A stretch of 64,000 nt of DNA. Source: Tubiluchus corallicola. Taxonomy: Eukaryota; Animalia; Priapulida. Below the pieces are notes generated by a model that saw nothing but the letters and a program-made list of their open reading frames with translations, did no database searches and was not told the DNA's origin. The stretch covers positions 372,001 through 436,000 of the forward strand of contig JAQGDQ010000036.1 in NCBI GenBank assembly GCA_030141605.1, written 5' to 3'. Both the position numbers and the translations under genes were made by a program. Of this stretch, positions 50,251 through 64,000 are shown one piece after another (position 1 is the first letter of the stretch; the number at the start of each line of letters is the position of its first letter).

Positions 50251-51199
50251 AATAGTTTAAATTTAAATTGATAGCCTCCTTACTTGACGTATTCAAAGAT
50301 TATTTTTGGTCGTTTGTGCTTCTGTTGTATAATTTGTGTAAATTCAACGAGGAAAAGTGTGATACAGTAGCATTTTTTGTGGTAGCATACGCGCGTACAT
50401 TGTTAAATACACTTCAGATACAAGTAACGTCACGGCAAACTAAAACTGTTTATTTTTACATGTGCAAAGCTTTTCGTCAATTTTTAAATATGGTTGGTTA
50501 TCACCAATGTCTAAACTACATTTTTTTGACACCCAGTCATATTTTGCCTTCTGCGCCACTTTAACGATAAATCTTTAAAAGAAGTTTAGATTAAACTGCA
50601 TAATTTTGAAAAAATAATCAGACCATTCCTAGCGCGCTATTCGTTAACTACGCATAAGCATAAATTATTTTATACTGTCAATAAGTCAATGTGTTTTTGG
50701 TGAATTAATAGTACACAATGGGATGGTGACATTAATAGTGACGTTTCACCAGTTTTGGCACAAACATTTTAAATTATAAAGAAATTTCTTTTCCAACTAC
50801 ATAAGACTTTCAAGCAGATAAACATAATGCTAAGTAATATAATTTTGTAGGGAGAGTTTTTGGAAATATAAAATTCCCCTCACTTCCCTATAAGCTACTG
50901 TAGGCTGTTAATAATCACCTTAGTTATAAGTTATAAAACATAAATGGCATCTGTTAGCCTATTACCATAGTTAAAAGAGCAGTTTGCAAAGACAATGTGC
51001 AATGTTCACAAATAAATGATCATCATTAATAGCTGAATCTATGAGATCACACAGTTTCATCTCTGGGCTTCACTAGGCTGTTTTTGTTGTTGTCATCGTC
51101 CTTGTCACTGTCACCAAAGGCAGCAGTTAGGCATGATGGTTTATGTGAAATATTCTTTTACGGGGTTTGGCTAACCTAACTATGATACATACATATATA

Positions 51200-51720
51200 T
51201 ATTATATATATTTATGTATACACATTGTCCCTTTTTATGAAAAGCAAGAAATTGCGAAGGCCCTTGTCACTATCTTCTAATATCTACACTTGTGTTGAGA
51301 GAACTTCCCTTTATAACACTATAATTGTAATTATTCAAATCCCGGATCCTGAAAATCCTAAAATGTTGCATTGTCAATAGGTGACACATCACATGGCTTT
51401 TTCAAATATACCCAGCATCCTGGATCCTTTTTTGGGGAAGAAAGATTATTGCAGGTCAATGCCCAAAGTTGTCACCTCTCACCTAACATCCATATTTACA
51501 ATGCCTAGCCACATGCAGGATTTTGCAGGACAACGCCCGCCTTTTTTAGAACACTATAGTTGCAATTGTTAGAATCACGGTCCCCCTCAATGTTTGTCAA
51601 AGTTGAAATATCAATAGATGACAATCTACAGGTCACTCACTATAAATTCCTCTTACTATTGGGATGACTCCAATGTTCCCACTATACCCTCGATTCTGGA
51701 TTTTCTCTTCCTCCCACCAA
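51200..51720 (-). mobile_element. Highly decayed CR1-like RT remnant
   Basis: Minus-strand CKILHVARHCKYG resembles KCKVMHIG..Y, with a weak G(V/I)PQ-like stretch upstream. Heavily degenerate. Confidence 0.3.
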
Positions 51721-52399
51721 CAGGACGAAGAGTCTTAAAAACTAGCTTCGAGGAATACTAAACTAAACACACTGCAAAGAAATTACATTTAGTTTGAAAA
51801 TATCAAGCACTAAAAGAAGATGCGCCAAACGATTTGATGGTAATATTTTTCCCCAAAAGTATGAAACTTGATTCTACCACTGGATAAACAAAACAAATTG
51901 CATCAATATTACTATCGCCATAATTTTTTTTCAAAACATGTCTCTCTGTACACACTCACTTGCTTTAAGATATTAAAATTACAAGAAAATAATCAGAGCC
52001 TCCACTGAAGATAAATACGAATGACCCAATGAATGAACTCTAATGAACTCAAAAATTTTATGAAGGATTTACCATTTGCAATGATTAGATGTACTTAATA
52101 ATAAATTTGCAACTTATAAAAACTCAAGAAAAATTGTAGTATGTGACTGTGCCCTGTTGTAACATAGCAGTAACCTGCAAAACTTAAGTCAGTATGAAAC
52201 CTTTATTTCAAACTAACATTGGTAAAATTGCAAAGTGAAGGCACTTGTTAACCAAGCTTCAGGTATGAATTCAATTTTTAGTTTACAGAATTTGGGAAAA
52301 GCTTTCTTCTTCACCGTAATGGACAGATTTAATGTATAATTTGCACAATTTTTTCTTCCCAAACCCTATCTGTTAAGCTAGCTGAAAAAGAATTAATAT

Positions 52400-55300
52400 G
52401 AATATTTTTGAACGTACATGTACTGTGTATAATATACAGACCCATATCACAACAATAGAGTTTGGAGCTGCTACAAAAGTTCCTACTTGAAAAGCAGTCC
52501 ATAAAATTTGCAGTTATATGGAAAAAATGTCTTGGAAACCATAGTATGTGTATAATGCTTCGATTTTTATTCTATCTATTCGGGAACCACTAAGAGCACT
52601 CAATAATATCTTGTGTCGGCATATGAGACGTTTTCAACAACTGCTTCTTCCACCACAATTATCATAGGAAAATGTGTATGGTTTCCTGGATGTACAAAAT
52701 CTGTGAAAGGATATTTTCGGGTGTAAATCTTCTTTTCACAGGGCAAGTCTATTTCCATGTTAGGTATCCAAAGCTATTTCTATGTTAGGTCTAATTCCGC
52801 TGGTTTGGTCAATCTGTTTGTATGTGTGGAAAATGCTAGGACATTGGCAAAAACTCGGGAAGCCGAAAAATAAAATGCTTGAGGAAACTACCAGAAAGTA
52901 GAGGAGGAGCAGGAAGCAGCAAGGTGGCAAAGAAAACGTCAGCTTAAAAATTAATTTAAAAAATGATGGCATCAACAAGAAATTTCATGATACTCTTTCA
53001 TCGTGAGGAATGTTTTATTCGCAGAATTCGTTAATATTCTTGAATGGCTATCAGTGGCCATTATACCATAAGAAAGACTATGAGCAAAAGGCACCCCAAA
53101 TATTCAGATGACTAAGGCAGATGTATTGATTTTTAATATCTATTTGTTGGTAGCATATTGAAATTGTAATGATTTAATGTGAATGACTGTAACAAAAATT
53201 CTTGATGTACTGCTCTAAATATTGTTAGCATTGTTTTGGCCATTTATAACTTCAAGACCATTTTTACTAGTGATCCGGTTTAGATGCTGACATGTACGTG
53301 ACGGTCAATCACTTGAAGATCAACGTGATTCAGAAAAGTTTGTTGTGATTTACATTCCAAAATAATTTGCTATAAGGGCTTTAAAGGGATGACCTTTACC
53401 AGGAAGCACTGTACTGTATGAGAGTCATCAAAGCAGCCAGATGATAGTCACTAAATGAGGTAAAACTGTATGAACATGAAAGATTTATGCTGTATAACAA
53501 TGTAACAGTGTGTTCACATCTGGTTTTCCTTGAGCATATGAAAGTAAAAAAATGGAACAACTCTGTCAAAACATAAATTCTTAAGACAACAAATTTGTAT
53601 GGAAAAAATAGGCAGGATGATGTAAAGACATAATCTAGTGAAAGGATGAGTAAATAAAGACATAGATAAAATCTCGTGACAAAAGAAACAAATAGATAGA
53701 CCCGATAAAAGTTGTAAATGATTAGCAAAAATAGCCTCCTTACGTCCCTATGATAATAATCTTGTTATTAATGATTATATATCATTCTGCTGTTTATTTG
53801 TACAGTATGTAAGCATAAAATTATGAATAAATATTGTAAGCATTAGTGATATATGAGCTAGCAAACCGAAACTGTCCACAAGTCGGCATAATTAAAACTG
53901 TGTTATGATGTTTCAAAGTAGAATAGACCAAAAGTTTGGTCAAATATGTCAATTTGTTGCTTTTTATAAAAACAAATGCTAAATATATTGGACTTTTATA
54001 TATACCAGCATAAAATTATCAAGAAAATGCCAAATACTAAAAATCTAATCTTTTACCCCGTACCACACTTTCCGGCTAGAAACTAGTACTAGTACGGTAA
54101 AAAACTCATATTTTCAAACTCTAATTACAGCTGGTGGAAGTGGTCACCTTGCTTTGGTTTTTTTCCACTGCCAAGCTCGGATCTTCATCAGGAAGTACCA
54201 TCTACTGGATTTAAACATAACTTGCAAAGTATGTAGCAACCAACATCTGTGCGGTTGCAAAGTGTTATGCTGAAATGCGACAAAAAACAATGACTAACTT
54301 TAATTGCTATTTCTCAAGACTATGTTTATCAGTGCGTAGCATACGCCTCAACTTCAATGTGGATTATATCAGCTTAAAAATAACGTAGACCGATGAGTTT
54401 GGTATCAAAATGATCTGTATGAAATCGAGATTCGGGATATGTGAATATGTAGAAAAGCTTAATTGCCGACTTGTGGACGATTTTGCCATGCAAGCACAAG
54501 TATATATATAAATCACAATAATATTCTCCTTCTGCAACATTAGACCAACTAGCATCACTACGATAATATATAGTATTTAGAAACCACATCTAGGTCATTT
54601 TTATTAATTAGATCATGGGTAAGCACACATTTTGTGAGCTGCTTATAAAATGACCAAGTCAAAATGATCTACCTACTACAAAAAAGAAAAACATGTACAT
54701 TTATTTATGAATATATTGAGTATTCTTTATATGTACTATAGAAGTTGGTGTACCTTGCACAATTGCGTGAACCCTTATTGCACAATACAACTCTGTACAT
54801 TTTTGGCTTCTTACTTGGTCTAGCTCCCACACTCATTCTTATGCCCTTTCTGAAGTCTCATAGAAATAAATTGCAGCCTAAGTTGCTAGCTTGCTTGAAT
54901 TTTGCAGCTGCTGATTGACAGAGCCGATCCACCAGCCGATAATACAAGCCTAGAGATTGGCTGGATGGTCTTCGTACCAGCCAATCAGAATGCTTCTTGC
55001 ATTTCTTGCACATTTTGTACGTTTCAATGGCGGCTTCCATTAGTTTTCTTTTTGTTCTGTGAATTTGCTTCGTTTTTTTGGGTTCCACGAGAGCATCGTG
55101 AAATTTCACCATGTCTGACAGTGACATTAATTAAAATTTCCTTAGCGAGTCTGAGTTCTCCCAGCCTAGCAGTAAATCTGACACTGAAGCTGGTAAAAAC
55201 AACCAGGAAATTATGTAAAGTAGTTACTTTATTTTTTATATTTTTTTTTTGAAAATGTGCATGCGATCGACCTGTAAATTGTGATCGACGTAATGGGACA

Positions 55301-57043
55301 CCCCTGAATTAGACAATATAACTCAAAATTGCAATAGAGGTGCTAATTGGTCTAAGTTCCAACAACCTACACAGTATTCTCTAATACCACTCATGCTGAT
55401 TAGCTGCTGTCTTTTACTGCCATGTAATTAATATTATGCAGAGAGATTATGTAAGAATTCAGCAGATTTACAGCTTGACTCTTGTTTTATCTCTTTATAT
55501 TTTACACTTTTGAAACAGATGCTTCAAGTCCTTGTCTTTTCTTATAGTCATAAAATGCCCAATTTTTAGTTTTGATAATTTTTACTTTTATTTCTGTGTA
55601 ACATAAGCAATAGCACAAGTGGTATTAATTACATTACAGCTAAAATTATTTTACATGAAAAGAAAATACCTGTAACACATTGATCTGATTAAAATATTTG
55701 TTTGAAAAAATAAGTTCTTTAATTTCATTAATTAAAAAAGTTACAGGTGTTATTAGTATAGAATATAGTTCACTTTGATTCGACAAGATTAAAGTAATTG
55801 TTTAAAGTAACAGCTGTTGAAAGTGTATTGATAAAGTTGATATTCTTGCACTCTGTATTTTGGTAATTGCTACTTACACCTATTTTGCGTGAAAAATACT
55901 CGAGAGACAAATCGTATGAAAAATTGCGACTACGAAAGGTAGTCAATTTTGTGGTAATTAGGTAAATAACTGTCCATTGCTTAAGTACTATTCCTATTGT
56001 GCAGCGTAAATTACACGAAGAGTTCACAATTAAACCGCAGTGTCAAATGAAAGCAAATACGCTATCTTGAACATTAATGCAATGCCTAGAAATTTGGAAA
56101 TTGGGCAGGCTTTGATGTATACAAACTTACAAATTAAATTGTAGCATATTTGTTAATACAGTACTATGTACAGCAATGTGACCATTTCGAACTTTCTAAA
56201 TGTGTGTAGAAACATGAAGTAGGGTATAATTAGTTAATTATAGGGTGCAAGGGACATTCATGAAGCACTGCTCAGTTTTTAGTAACGTATGAACTGATCT
56301 TCGAAAAAGAACTAAACTGTGATTGATGTTCAAGCTATTACACAAGCATTTTAACAGTTTGAAAGTTACTCGAAGTGCAGTAAGCTAGTTGTCTTCCTTG
56401 TGCATACAGAATGTAGAAGTTTCATTCTTGGAAATGGAAAATACATGGTACTTGTTAAAATTACTGTTACTTTGTAACCTTTCACGATGTTTCCCTCATT
56501 TATTAATTAAACAGGCCTATAGTTTTGTGATCTCAGCTTTCAATTGATATACCGTGCAGACTGTGCAGTACACAGTTACATATACATCTGAAAGTCTCAC
56601 AGTAGTATCACACCAGTTGGTCAATGTACAAAAGGCAACTGCACCAAATGCTTTCAGATCATAAAATGCTGCTGTTTTCCTTTGTAGATTAAAGTTTTTT
56701 TTACTTTCAAGTTCTTTTTTGTGATTGTTCAGAATATTGGTTAGTTAAATTTCTTGGCAGTTTGTCGTTAGCGTTAATTACACAGACGTCTCATACATAT
56801 AAACAATGGAGGATGTGACACGGGATTCTTTTTTCTTTTCCACCTCGTCACCTTCGTTTGAATTTTTTATCCAGGATTCGATGGCCAAGTACTTTACGTA
56901 GAAAATTGCAGACACGTTCAGAAGATGCAGTCACCAGTTCAATCTTGTCTCCTGCTACAAATACAGGGCATGCACATACTGCACCTTCAAAGTTTGTGTG
57001 CACATTCTGCATACACTGCATTCTGCAGCCATTCTTGCTAATA
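52400..57043 (-). pseudogene. Possible multi-exon disrupted gene / lncRNA
   Basis: Less AT-rich blocks bounded by AG/GT: 57043-56797, 55189-54754, from 54557 and from 53450. Long frames are broken by stops. Confidence 0.25.
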
Positions 57044-57176
57044 CTGTAGTTGTTAAATAGACATTGGTAAAAAATTTTGTTCTCTTTTGTCAAATATTTA
57101 CTATATGAGTTATATAAGTGAATTGAATTTACAAGAATTATGTTTTCCTCCATGTTCCTGTTTTATATATATATAT

Positions 57177-57693
57177 TAGGTGACGCTTAAAAATGTGACG
57201 AAGTTTAGACTTCAACAGCATTAGAAGCAAGTGATCTACAAAGTTGAAATTTTGCAGCATGATATTACAATACATTAACTTTTTGCTGTGAAAGCTACAA
57301 GTTTATAATTTTGGGGGTTTCTATGTTATGACTAAAAAGCTTTTGAATGTTAAAAAATTAAATGCCATCAACTGAAACACAGCCATGTAAAAATCGTTTA
57401 GCCCAGAAAAACAATAAAGAAATCAACTAGTTTACATCATGCTCTTTGTCACAGAAAATACAGTGCTAATAAAGATTTGTTGCCAAGAAAATGTGGGATT
57501 TAATCCTCTGGATTATGGTATCTGGAATTGCCTTAAGAGAATTTTTTGATTCATTGATTTAAATTTAAGGGAGTGACTTGAAAGTCTTGGTGTTTATACA
57601 TAAACGTCTATAGCATCAATGTAGCAATCTTCAAAGTGATTATTTTTTTATAACACTGTGATCAAAACTTCGACACATTTTTTGTGCCACCTG
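57177..57693. mobile_element. Tc1/mariner-like MITE
   Basis: Imperfect TIRs AGGTGACGCTTAAAAATGTGACGAAGTTT / AAACTTCGACACATTTTTTGTGCCACCT next to a (TA)n run. Confidence 0.65.
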
Positions 57694-59851
57694 TGTCTTG
57701 TACCATTGTGAACATATAAGCATGTTTCAATCTCCCACTCAACAAATTAACAATTGAATTTTGCAGACCCGAATTCTTGAAAAATTATGGAATGGAAATG
57801 GCGCATGAATGTTGAGAAAAATGACAGGACCCAAAAGTACTTCCTGGGCAGAGCGTGTAGAAAGGGAACATGAAGTAAATGTGAAATTACGATGCGTGTG
57901 TTTTTAATTTATGTTCAAGAAAACAACAATTGAATGTCGCATATTGAAAAATTATGGGGTGGAATTGAATGGGTGTGTTCCTATTGACAAAAACCAAGAT
58001 ACCCAAACATGTCTGCCACAGCAAAGGACATACAAATGGGACATAGAGGAGACGGTAATCAGTTAACTGCAAACAATGGCACAATTAACCGGAATTTTAC
58101 ACGTTACAGGAAGAACGAAATCTAAGACCAAGTCTCAGGCCTTCACGTTTCAAAACTACAGGAGTGTTATAAATCACACTCCAGAATGTGTCAAGGAGAA
58201 TGGTAGGAGACTGATTTCAAATTATGCATTACATTAATTTTGTAAATGGTACTGTACGTTTTAGAGGATATTTTATGGAAAACTGCTGATAAATGCAAAA
58301 GTCACGATCATCATGTGTTGTGAGATATAGTTATGCAATTTACATATTTAGGGATTAGGGATCAAATTTGCAAATGAACCCATAAAATTGTCAAGAATGT
58401 TATTCTAGCTTATAGCTAAGAACTAATATTTTCAGTTATTTGTAAATTATAAGGCAATATACTGTTCCCTAAGCAATACTAAAATTATTTATAAAGATAT
58501 TATAAAAAAGATTAGTATTTATATGGTATTGTATGGATTTAGTAGAAGGGCCAGAATTTCGTTATATTTTGCCAGAATCTAAGCAGAGTCTTGCCATGAT
58601 ATTTTATAAGAATCCAGGTAATTGAGGTCTAAATTACATAGTTAAGTACGATGAATTATAATTATTGAAACAGTAAACACTGAATTTCAATTAACGTAAT
58701 TTATTATAAGAATTAATCACTATCAGTACTAACATCTAATTCAAAATAAGACCTAACATTTCCTGATTCAGCAAGCAATTTAGAATTTTGTTAATTCTTA
58801 ACCATCGGCATCAAAATCAGTATCTAAACCGGTCTTACAAACTGTTTTTCTTGCAGGCCTTGATAATGTCACGTTTGATATAAGTTCTTCACACAAAACA
58901 CGAAAAATTTTAACGAAAACTTGACAAATCGACTATTTCCAAACTTAAACTCACAAGTGCAATAAGGTAGTGTACGTGCTATCATAAGGCAAAGAGCAAA
59001 AAAGTCAGATTAGTGACAGCATTTTTTTTACTTTTTTACATTAAGGTAAAAGCTGTGCGAATCCTAGTTAGATTTGCAGTAATAGGCATTAGCTCAAGAC
59101 GCGAACAGATTCGTGTCGAAATTCTGACCCTGAGTATACAAGCAATTTTAATTCTGATTAATTTTGAAAACAAAAATTTATTATATGCTATTTTAGACAA
59201 ATTAGTAATAATACACCTGATAGGCATTTTGGTGTTTCTTTCCTAACTTCTCATCAAATCTGAACAGATTGTAGCCCTTATTTGATAGTGAAAAGTGATA
59301 TTGAAAAAGAAATTGCATATATTGAAAATAGCCTAGTTCAAAATTTGAAAATTAAAATATGGATTGTCAATTTCGGATAATAGTCAAAATTAAGTGTTAA
59401 GCCGCAAAATATATCATGTCAGACTAAACAAAAAAGTTAACCAATACTTGTGTCTTACACACTGGGTACCTATCAGTGATTTGTCGTTTTATAGTTCTAA
59501 AATAAAGAATGTACATAAAATAAACAAATTATGTTCTGGCTATTCATGAATCCCATATTACAAAAACCAAATAGGCCACTTGCAATTGTATTCTGCTTGA
59601 CTTCGATACTGGCCTTAAGATATAACTGCCAAACTAAATGCAGTGCAAAAATTATGCAAAAAAGTGTCGGTGAAAGTGGCTACCAGATCAACACATTTTT
59701 CTGCAAGTCCTTCTCTGCACATACTATCATGATGTCACAATCAGTACAGGTATTTTGTTCAAAATTAGAGTGAATCTAACGTTACCAAATAGAACGATAT
59801 TACAAAGCCACCAAACTTGAAAAACTGGAGATGCCAAAATAATGCAATGCA

Positions 59852-59914
59852 GCTAGGTTTGAAACAGGAACCTTCTACTTACATTCCAAGTGCTTTAGAC
59901 CACTAGGTTATGTC
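59852..59914 (-). repeat. Degenerate tRNA-derived sequence (SINE-head-like)
   Basis: Minus strand: taacctagtggtctaaagcac (A-box-like) ... gtttcaaacc (B-box-like). Confidence 0.35.
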
Positions 59915-60209
59915 TTTTCAGTGTTCAAGACAGTCCAAACTAAATTTCTCTCTTATAGATGTATTTTCGGCATTTCCAAAGTTAGACCAGTCACACAGAA
60001 TCACACTAGAGTGATTTTAATTAATCAGATTAATCTTTTATTTTGATTAATTTATTAATTAATTATAACAATCATTAATAAACATTAAAATCATAATAAT
60101 TAATTTACAATTTAACAGAACTCCAGTGTTAATGTGTACACTTTATTTTTGGTACTAATAATATTATGCTTGTTATGTTATATATATATATGTATACTGT
60201 TATTTAGGT

Positions 60210-60919
60210 CAGTGTTTTTCAACCAGTGTGCCGCGGCACACTGATGTGCCGTGAAAGATCATCAGGTGTGCCGTGGGAAATTATCTAATATCACCTAATT
60301 AACCATTGTCGGGTGTCTGTGCTGTAATAAACTGTGGCCGATAATGTAAAACTCTTTTATTTCAGTGGGTGGCAGCAGAGAGCGATAAATGCCTGTAAAG
60401 TCAATAGAGTTAGTGGTTATGTACAGCATCATTACTTGAAATATACTTGACTCTCAAAACACTGCGGGATTGAATGATAAACAAGAGAATTATCGCTGTT
60501 GTATGTTTGCTTAGTAAATTCGTATACAGTTTACTTTGAGCACATAACTGGTTTAGATATACCATAGTTTAGGTTTGCTATATATACAAATGTAAATGTG
60601 TTGCGGGCAATCAACCACAGACAGCCTCATTAATATAGTAAGTTTTCAGGCTTCTTTAGAACTATCAATCGACTTGATCAGGCGTAATTGTAGGGCCAAA
60701 GAATTCCACAATTTGGAGGCAGGAGACGTGAACGATTATGTGACTAGCCTGCTACGTGAGACTTCAAGATTTCACCACTTTCTGTGCTGACGCATCAGTC
60801 AGAATGGTCACGTGACCGCCTATTGTTTCAACACGCAAGTGTCTGTAAATGGTGGTGGTGCCGAGGATTTTGGAAATGTAAAAAATGTGCCGTGGCTCAA
60901 AAAAGGTTGAAAATCACTG
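60210..60919. mobile_element. hAT (Charlie/Buster-like) non-autonomous element
   Basis: TIRs CAGTGTTTTTCAACC / GGTTGAAAATCACTG (14/15), perfect 8-bp TSD atttaggt, subterminal TGTGCCG repeats. Confidence 0.92.
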
Positions 60920-61839
60920 ATTTAGGTTATTGGAAAAATCAGATATTAGCTAATGTACTTTGCCCTGCAGACAACTACCTGTAGACAATTTGTACTAGTT
61001 AGTTAGCACGTGTTTATGAGTTATTAGTATTACAATCGTGGTGCATTCATGAATTATCATCTGCTTAATGAAAGCGATCAGTTCTACTAGTAATGAAAGC
61101 ATTCTTTAACTATAAGCATTTATGAACACATACAGTTATGAGCTGTTCACCCCCCCCCCTCCCCGCAATTTCAAAACGCTTAGGCATAACTGATAAATGA
61201 CATCAGGCTAAGCGTAAACATTCAAGTGAAACTTCAAAGGGACCCATAAAAATACTACCTGCCATATCAGCACAAGTCACAGCAACTGCTCACACAATAG
61301 AATAAAACTTCAAGCAACACACAATTCATAGTCAAATCGACAAAATAACGTTATAACGAATTATTTGGGATGTTAATATAACTTGTCACTAGAACAACCT
61401 GTAGGCTGTAGTAAAATGTAAAGATGGCCGGCGCATTAAAAGTAGCAAACCTTGTTCTTCGTTATTTCTCCAAAATTTCAATCTTTTCTTCAATTCATGG
61501 GTCTGTTCTTGTGCTACTCTCGAACTTGAATGTGAACACACTATCAAAATCGCTTGAACTATTTACAGAGTAATAGGTAATCTTAATTTACTTTTCGAGA
61601 AAACTATCCCAACAAAAGAAAATGGCGCACACTTTAACAAGACGAGGTATCTTTTAATTTCTGACCACGTGATGTGATGAACTCTGAGGTGAGTTTTCCA
61701 CGCGCCTCACAGTTAGTTACATAGCGAAGCGACAAACTCTTTAAATTTGCTACGTGCTATGCTACAAGGAAACGATCACTCCTCAAATTCAATTGACAAT
61801 GCCAGTTAAAAAAGGCTGGCAATGTGTCACGGACGCACG

Positions 61840-62140
61840 TGCATCCATAGAACTTTCTAAATTAAATTTTTCAGGGCTAATTAAAATTTTTTAGCAGTGA
61901 ACCGGAAAAAACACATCAACCCTTGTTTGTTTGCGCAATAATGAGTTTTGAACTAATGTACTTGCCTGAGGAAATAGCTTCTAACAACCGCAAAATGGTC
62001 TAAAATGCAGTAAAATGCATGTGTGGCCTAGACGTTCTGCCATTTAGCTGTGTCTGGTGGGAAAAATTAGCACGCACGCAAACTTATTAGTAAATTTTGT
62101 TTGAACAGTGTATGTGCTGTAAACTTAACAGTCTCAAAAC
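61840..62140 (+). mobile_element. Partial copy of the hAT-type element at 18705-19577
   Basis: Block cttgcctgaggaaatagcttct...aaatgcagtaaaatgcatgtg...ttaacagtctcaaa is shared. This copy lacks the segment at ~18810-19015. Confidence 0.75.
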
Positions 62141-62569
62141 GAGCTAAAATAGCCTTACACCCTAAATTTTGGTAGGCCCTCAGAGTCCAAATACGGGTAA
62201 CGAATTAAACAGATAATACTATATAATTTATATTGTGTTTAGTAAACAGGATAATCAAATTTAGGTTAAATGCAAGTAAATTTTATTTCATTTTTTGTGT
62301 ATTGCCAATAAGCAGCTAAGTTGTACACATAGTAATTTCGTTATTCACTATACATCCACAGACATAGGTGTACGAGTTGGGGTCTGAAGCCAAAGAAAGC
62401 AAAACCCTAGGGTATTCAATCTATACAGTTACTCAAATTCTAAGCTCACTTTTAAATAAAAGATTACTTTAAAGTCTGGGGTAACTGAGATGGATTGAGG
62501 CATTTTAGTTGATTGAACTCAGAAATGAGTCAGATTAGGTCCGTTATATTCGCAATATTGTCCTATGTT

Positions 62570-63400
62570 GTCAGGTGTGGCCCAAGGTTTAGTACTTGGC
62601 CCCATTCTTTTTTTCATTTCTATTAATAACAACACATGTGTACCCCTATCTCCAATAAATTATTCGCAGATGATACCAAATTTTATTCTATTGTGAGTAT
62701 AGTGGTGAGCTTCAAGATACACTGACTCGCTTTGGTGTCTGGTCTCTAAAGTAGTAGCTTTCTCTAGCTGCCGAGAAGTCTTCAGTTTTAAATATAGGGT
62801 CGGACACTGATTTTGATTATGTGCTCGATAATATTATTCTTCCCACTGTCAGTAGTACGTGAGATTTGGATGTCATTATTGACGCTAGTTAAATTCATTT
62901 TTAAGGAGCACTAAAATCGTTAAAAACGTATTTTATACTACTGATGAAACCTGTTCTTGAATATACCTTGCCAGAATGCATATCTTGGTCTTACCGATAA
63001 AATTGAACATGTGCAAAAACCATTTACACATTGGTTGCTTCTTAAGTATTCTAAAATGGATTGTCCATACAAAGAACGATTATGTACACTCAGTATGGAC
63101 CCAGCTAGAACTGAGAAGCTTATACAGCCTAATTATGGTTTTCAAAATCGTTAGAGTTGATCGAGGTTTAATTGATGCATTTGAATGTTGCAGTAATTCA
63201 CACTTAGTTCGGCCAGTACAAGAGGTCAACTTTATATAAACTTCTTCTTGACTATAGGTGTAACAAAACTGTAAGGCAAAACTCTTTCTTTGTCAGAACT
63301 ATATCGCTTTGGAATTCCCTTCCCTAACTCTCATGTTATCACAACTCCTTTGATCTTTAGCTTAATTCCTTCAAAACCTCTCTGAAAATTGTAATTTCAA
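62570..63400 (+). mobile_element. Decayed CR1/L2-like LINE reverse transcriptase
   Basis: SGVAQGLVLGPILFFISIN, KLFADDTKFY, DKIEHVQKPFT, PYKERL, FVRTISLWNSLP in colinear order with frameshifts. Confidence 0.85.
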
Positions 63401-64000
63401 TCATCATCTCAAAATTTTTCCACAGTTTAGGGAATGCTCTTCCTAATGGTCTACTGAATTCCCATGTACTTTTAAATATTAATTTTACAATAGTCACTAT
63501 AACGATTTATATGGTCTATCTGTAAGGAATTTATATGGTCCATCTGTAAGGTTGTTTATAAATTTTTCACCCAAGTGTCTTTTTTGCTTATATCTTTCAT
63601 AATTAGTTTATAAAATTTTAGATGATCAATACTTTTATTGTACTTACCTGAATGTGTAAAGTTGCTGTAAATGCGATTTTGTGCACCAGAATTTTTTGTG
63701 TTTTAAGTGCTGGTTGCTTCAGTTCAGCCCTTTTAACTATATGTAATAAATAAATAATTTATTTGTGCATTACTTCATTATTACTTTGTGTTAAAAGTGC
63801 AAGATAAAATTCGATTCAATTCAATTCAATGATGAAATTACCCTAATAAATTGAACTGACTTGAATGGAAGTAATGGCGGTAAACATGAAAATAGTGAAA
63901 TTATGTGTTTTTTATCACCCAATGTCACATTTTTGCTTAAGCTTTCTATGCTTCGTAATGCTAGTACGAGTTGCTAATGCTGCATACTCGTTTAAACGCG

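Noticed and set aside
54858-54860. Selenocysteine/readthrough TGA
   Set aside because: The same frame also has an upstream TAA, no selenoprotein family was recognised and no SECIS was seen. Pseudogene decay is simpler.
63506-63552. 24-bp direct duplication (similar short ones at ~6290 and ~44290)
   Set aside because: Ordinary slippage duplications in non-coding DNA.

Overview
AT-rich, intron-rich animal (probably invertebrate) nuclear DNA; no prokaryotic features. Two confident genes lie tail to tail. (1) VPS35 (retromer) is on +, with 16 coding exons from 3979 to 21045. All introns are GT-AG and the frame stays open across every junction. The exons total 2388 nt, giving 796 aa once the ATG-only first exon is added; that exon was not found and probably lies upstream of the window. 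(2) An RBM12-like five-RRM protein is on -, encoded by a single 5.5-kb coding exon (29241->23737, 1834 aa). Inside VPS35 there is a probable U12-type intron (5306-5834) and a candidate in-frame 69-nt cassette exon (6744-6812) that human VPS35 lacks. Introns and the 30-64 kb region are dominated by decayed mobile DNA: an RLE-type (CRE-like) non-LTR retrotransposon split by a hAT MITE, pogo/Tigger elements, a Helentron/HINE-like element with a higher-order tandem array, an Academ derivative nested in a long-TIR element, several hAT MITEs with 8-bp TSDs, CR1/L2-like RT remnants and microsatellites. Two spliced-looking but disrupted minus-strand coding relics (about 39.6-40.5 kb and 52.4-57.0 kb) could not be assigned. 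I found no convincing new biological system. The best leads are the VPS35 splicing features, the intronless RBM12 architecture and the unassigned relics. Family assignments come from motifs recognised by eye and from memory, not from database searches.
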